Assembly (NCBI GenBank): GCA_965224025.1
Contig: OZ245033.1
Location: forward strand, 3,328,001-3,392,000
Length of the DNA: 64,000 nt
Origin: Candidatus Multivorans sp.
Lineage (GTDB): Bacteria > Acidobacteriota > Thermoanaerobaculia > Multivoradales > Multivoraceae
Direction: 5' to 3'
Shown here piece by piece: positions 60,168 to 64,000 of the stretch (its first letter is position 1; every line of letters begins with the position of its first letter). The notes below the pieces were generated by a model that worked only from the letters and a program-made list of their open reading frames with translations, had not been told where the DNA came from and made no database searches. A program made the position numbers and the translations under genes.

Positions 60168-60227
60168 CGGAGATGCGCCGGCCTTCTCTCCCTGATGACC
60201 GTCCACGCCAACAACGTCGAGCGGGCC

Positions 60228-61169
60228 ATGTACACGGAGTTGAAGATCTTCGGCGGCCGGGCGCACCCGGCGCTGACGAACGAGATCTGCGGCTACCTGG
60301 GCATGGCGCCGGGCCAGGTCACGGCCTACAACTTCGCCGACGGCGAGCTTTTCTGCCAGATCCAGGAGAACGTGCGCGGCACCGACGTGTTCATCGTGCA
60401 GCCCACGTGCCCTCCGGTCAACGACAACCTCGTCGAGTTGCTCATCATGCTGGACGCGGTCAAGAGGGCCTCGGCGGCGCGTGTAACAGCCGTCATTCCG
60501 TACTACGGGTACGCCCGCCAGGACAAGAAGGACAAGCCGCGGGTTCCGATCACCGCCAAGCTGGTGGCGGATCTCATCACGGCTGCCGGCGCCGACCGTT
60601 TGCTGACCATGGATGTCCACGCGGCGCAGATTTCGGGCTTCTTCGACATTCCCGTTGATCATCTGTTCGCGGCGCCGGTTCTTCTGGACGCGATCAGGGC
60701 GCTGGCCATCGACGACCTGATGATCGTGGCGCCTGACGCGGGTGGCGTGGCACGGGCTCGGGCGATCGCCAAGCGGCTGCACACGGATCTCGCCATCATC
60801 GACAAGCGCCGCGTGGCCGCGAACGAGGCCCAGGTGATGCACGTCATCGGCGACGTGAAGGGACGCGACCTCCTGATCCTCGACGACATCATCGACACCG
60901 GCGGCACGCTGCTGAATTCGGTCGAGTCGCTGGCTGCCCAGGGTGCGCGGAGGATCTTCGCCGCCGGGATACACGGCGTTCTTTCGGCCTCCGCGATCGA
61001 ACGAATCGAAAACTCGAAACTCGAGGGCGTTCTGGTGACGAACACCACGCCGCTCGAGGACAAGCTCGCCAGGAGCACACGGCTGCGTCCCCACAGCGTC
61101 GCGGCCCTGCTCGGCGAGGCCATTCGCAGAATCCACGACAACAGCTCCGTGACATCCCTCTTCGTCTGA
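60228..61169 (+). CDS. prs: Ribose-phosphate pyrophosphokinase
   Basis: FADGE, ENVRG.D, PYYGYARQD, PDAGGV.RA, DDIIDTGGT. Confidence 0.96.
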   Translation: MYTELKIFGGRAHPALTNEICGYLGMAPGQVTAYNFADGELFCQIQENVRGTDVFIVQPTCPPVNDNLVELLIMLDAVKRASAARVTAVIPYYGYARQDKKDKPRVPITAKLVADLITAAGADRLLTMDVHAAQISGFFDIPVDHLFAAPVLLDAIRALAIDDLMIVAPDAGGVARARAIAKRLHTDLAIIDKRRVAANEAQVMHVIGDVKGRDLLILDDIIDTGGTLLNSVESLAAQGARRIFAAGIHGVLSASAIERIENSKLEGVLVTNTTPLEDKLARSTRLRPHSVAALLGEAIRRIHDNSSVTSLFV

Positions 61170-61196
61170 GCTGTTCGACACTCCAAGGAGCTCGAA

Positions 61197-61865
61197 GTGA
61201 GCGAACCCACGGTCAGTGTCCGGCTGCGTGAGCAGACCGGAAAGAATGCAAACCGCCGTCTGCGGGCCGCGGGTGAGATTCCGGCCGTGGTCTACGGCGG
61301 CGATGCCGATTCGGCGGCCATCCGGGTCGACGGCATGAGCGTGCAGAGTCTGATCCGGGAGGGCGGAGAAAATGCCGTCTTCCAGCTCCAACTGGAGGGT
61401 ACGGATCGCACGCGGCACACGATGATCCGCGACCTGCAGTGGAACCCATTGACCGGTGCGCTGGTCCACATCGACTTTCTGCGGGTGAAGATGGACCAGG
61501 AAGTTCAGGTCTCGGTGCCGGTCGCGCTGACCGGAACTCCCGAAGGAGTCAAGAACGAGGGCGGCTTGGTGGAGTTCATCACCCGAGAGGTCGCGGTCAC
61601 CTGCCTGCCCGGCGACATTCCGTCCTCGATCGAACTCGATGTCACTCCGCTGCACATCGGCCAGCATCTGGAGGCCGGCGAACTCGTACTCCCCGACGCA
61701 GTGCGGCTCGACGAGGACGACAACCGCGTCATCGTGTCGGTTGCCGCCCCGAGAATCGCCGAGGAGGAGGAAGAGGTCACCGACGAGGACGAACTGCTCG
61801 AAGCCTTTACCGACGAACCCGAAATGGTGGGCGGGAAGGCCGAGTCGGAGGATGGGGACGAATAG
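61197..61865 (+). CDS. rplY: 50S ribosomal protein L25/Ctc
   Basis: R...GKNA.RRLR..G.IPAVVYG, HIDF, G...GVK..GG, acidic tail. Confidence 0.95.
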   Translation: MSEPTVSVRLREQTGKNANRRLRAAGEIPAVVYGGDADSAAIRVDGMSVQSLIREGGENAVFQLQLEGTDRTRHTMIRDLQWNPLTGALVHIDFLRVKMDQEVQVSVPVALTGTPEGVKNEGGLVEFITREVAVTCLPGDIPSSIELDVTPLHIGQHLEAGELVLPDAVRLDEDDNRVIVSVAAPRIAEEEEEVTDEDELLEAFTDEPEMVGGKAESEDGDE

Positions 61866-62451
61866 CGACGCACGGCGACTGGTCCTCGGTCTCGGCAATC
61901 CGGGAGAGCGATACGCCGGCACCCGTCACAATCTCGGCTTTCGCGTCGTCGAGGAACTGGCACGGCGACTGGACGTCCGTCTCGGCCTGGAGGTCTGCGG
62001 CGCGCTCTGGACCGCCGCCGGCCCCGTCGACCTGGCGACTCCGCAGACCTACATGAACCGCAGCGGCTACAGCGCGCGCTGCCTCAGTGAACGGAATGGC
62101 TATGCTCCCGAGAACATCCTGGTCGTCTATGACGAAGTCCATCTGCCCCTGGGAAGGCTGCGCCTTCGCGGCAGGGGCAGTCCGGGCGGCCACCGAGGTA
62201 TGGAGTCGATCATCGAGAACCTGCGCACCGCGGCGGTGCCCCGGCTGAGGTTGGGAATCGCGGAGTACGAAGCGGAACAAGCGGATGGGAGTGCCACCGG
62301 GATGGAAGCGGGGCTCACGGATTTCGTGCTCGCTCCTTTCGCCGGAGAGGAAGTCGAAACGGCAAAGCGCATGGTGCGCCGCGCCGCCGACTGCGTGCTG
62401 AGTTGGGTCGACCGCGGTGTCGACATCACCATGAACGAGTACAACGGATGA
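61852..62451 (+). CDS. pth: Peptidyl-tRNA hydrolase
   Basis: GLGNPG..Y..TRHNLGF, PQTYMNRSG, GGH.G, RLRLGI. Confidence 0.95.
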   Translation: MGTNSDARRLVLGLGNPGERYAGTRHNLGFRVVEELARRLDVRLGLEVCGALWTAAGPVDLATPQTYMNRSGYSARCLSERNGYAPENILVVYDEVHLPLGRLRLRGRGSPGGHRGMESIIENLRTAAVPRLRLGIAEYEAEQADGSATGMEAGLTDFVLAPFAGEEVETAKRMVRRAADCVLSWVDRGVDITMNEYNG

Positions 62452-62469
62452 ACGAGTACAAGGGATGAA
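62431..62469 (+). repeat. 17-bp tandem duplication at the pth 3' end
   Basis: ATGAACGAGTACAACGG ATGAACGAGTACAAGGG ATGAA. Confidence 0.8.
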
Positions 62470-62498
62470 GGTGTACGACCGATGAGGGGAAACGGATA

Positions 62499-64000
62499 GT
62501 GGACAACATGTACTACCTGCTGCCTGTGTTCGGCGCGGCAGCTCTGATCCATGCCTTGCTGCGAAGCCGGTGGATCAACCGGCAGGATGCCGGCGACGGC
62601 GAGATGGCTGAGATCGCCGGCCACATTCGCGATGGCGCGATGGCGTTCCTGGGCCGCGAATACCGCATCCTCGGGATCTTCGTCCTCCTGGCCGCGGCTC
62701 TGCTGGCGCTTGCAAATTCCGACCGCGCGGGCAGCTCCGCGTGGATCGGGGTCTCCGTGCTCGGCGGCGCCCTCTGTTCGGGTCTGGCCGGGTTTTTTGG
62801 CATGCGGGTCGCGACTTCCGCCAACGTGCGGACCGCCGCGGCCGCCCGCACCAGCCTGAACCGGGCCCTGGCCGTCGCCTTCTCCGGCGGCGCGGTGATG
62901 GGCTTCGCGGTGGTGGGGCTCGGCATCCTGGGCTTGTCGCTGCTCTATCTGCTCTACGCCTCGATGTTCGGCAGTGCCGACAACGAGTCGCTGGGGCAGG
63001 TGGTGACGGTGCTGACGGGCTTCTCATTCGGCGCTTCCTCGATCGCGCTGTTTGCGCGCGTCGGCGGCGGCATCTACACCAAGGCCGCCGATGTCGGCGC
63101 CGACCTGGTAGGCAAGGTCGAAGAGGGCATTCCCGAGGACGACCCGCGCAACCCGGCCGTGATCGCGGACAACGTCGGCGACAACGTCGGCGACGTGGCC
63201 GGCATGGGCGCCGACCTGTTCGAGTCTTACGTCGGCGCCATCGTCGGCACGCTCGTCCTCGGCGTCAGCACGACGACCCTGGCGGGCGAGGAGTTCACGC
63301 CGAGCCTGATCTTGCTGCCGATGCTCCTCGCCGGCCTCGGCATCCTCGTGTCGCTGGCCTCGACCTTCCTGGTGCGCACCCGGGAGGGCGGCAACCCGCA
63401 GCACGCCCTGGACCTTGGCACCTTTGCGGCTGCCGGAATCATGCTGATCGTGACCTGGTTCACGGCCCGCTGGCTGCTGGGCGAAACCCGGTACGTCGTC
63501 GAGGGCCAGGAGTTCGGGTACATGGGAGTTTTCCTGGCCACGGTCGCCGGCCTCGTGGCCGGCCTCCTGATCGGTCTGATCACGCAGTACTACACGGCCG
63601 AGTCGAAGGCGCCGGCCCAGGGCATCGCCAGGGACAGCCTGACCGGCAGCGCCACGAACATCATCGGCGGTCTGGCCGTCGGCATGCAGTCGACGGCGCT
63701 TCCGATCGTCGTTCTGACCGCCGCGGTTCTCGTGGCCCACTCTCAGGCGGGCCTCTACGGCATCGCGATCGCGGCTCTGGGCATGCTGTCGACGACGGGA
63801 ATTCAGCTTGCCGTCGACGCCTACGGACCGGTTGCCGACAACGCCGGCGGCATCGCCGAGATGAGCCGTCTGGGCGCCGACGTGCGTGCGCGGACCGACA
63901 AGCTGGACGCGGTCGGCAACACGACGGCGGCGATCGGCAAGGGCTTCGCGATCGGCTCGGCGGCGCTCACCGCTTTGGTGCTGTTCGCGGCCTTCCGCAC
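62499..64000 (+). CDS. hppA: Membrane-bound ion-translocating pyrophosphatase, K+-dependent type (runs off window)
   Basis: Not in ORF track. Manual translation: [64 protein letters not shown]. Confidence 0.95.
   Translation, partial: MDNMYYLLPVFGAAALIHALLRSRWINRQDAGDGEMAEIAGHIRDGAMAFLGREYRILGIFVLLAAALLALANSDRAGSSAWIGVSVLGGALCSGLAGFFGMRVATSANVRTAAAARTSLNRALAVAFSGGAVMGFAVVGLGILGLSLLYLLYASMFGSADNESLGQVVTVLTGFSFGASSIALFARVGGGIYTKAADVGADLVGKVEEGIPEDDPRNPAVIADNVGDNVGDVAGMGADLFESYVGAIVGTLVLGVSTTTLAGEEFTPSLILLPMLLAGLGILVSLASTFLVRTREGGNPQHALDLGTFAAAGIMLIVTWFTARWLLGETRYVVEGQEFGYMGVFLATVAGLVAGLLIGLITQYYTAESKAPAQGIARDSLTGSATNIIGGLAVGMQSTALPIVVLTAAVLVAHSQAGLYGIAIAALGMLSTTGIQLAVDAYGPVADNAGGIAEMSRLGADVRARTDKLDAVGNTTAAIGKGFAIGSAALTALVLFAAFR

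Noticed and set aside
62499-64000. hppA as a pseudogene because it is missing from the ORF track
   Set aside because: Conserved motifs read in one frame; it simply has no stop inside the window

Overview
High-GC bacterial chromosomal window. The mgtE-recO-mutL, tsaB-DUF465-psd-pssA and TPR-lipoprotein-ispE-tRNA(Gln)-prs-rplY-pth gene orders suggest an Acidobacteriota-like genome (inference only). Main contents: (1) a complete coenzyme F420 operon (fbiC-cofC-cofD-cofE-npdG); (2) a decayed accessory patch at about 8-11.4 kb with a MobA/MobL relaxase remnant, vapBC, and a secreted Cys-rich gene split at a -1 slippery heptamer followed by a hairpin; (3) a ~17 kb aryl-polyene/xanthomonadin-like cluster with a chorismatase and a flavin-dependent halogenase between mutL and rnc; (4) a second accessory patch at about 37.7-45 kb with four small Cys-motif membrane proteins, IS3/IS5 remnants, and a two-gene cassette (stand-alone exported C39 peptidase plus a Sec-signal, double-glycine-leader peptide) between duplicated PPOX-class pseudogenes; (5) a TRAP transporter and intact housekeeping genes ending in a partial membrane pyrophosphatase. 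A ~69 bp double-hairpin element occurs three times. The best candidates for an undescribed system are the C39/peptide cassette, the hybrid halogenated aryl-polyene cluster and the frameshift-split Cys-rich protein. All family assignments come from motif recognition by eye; no searches were run.
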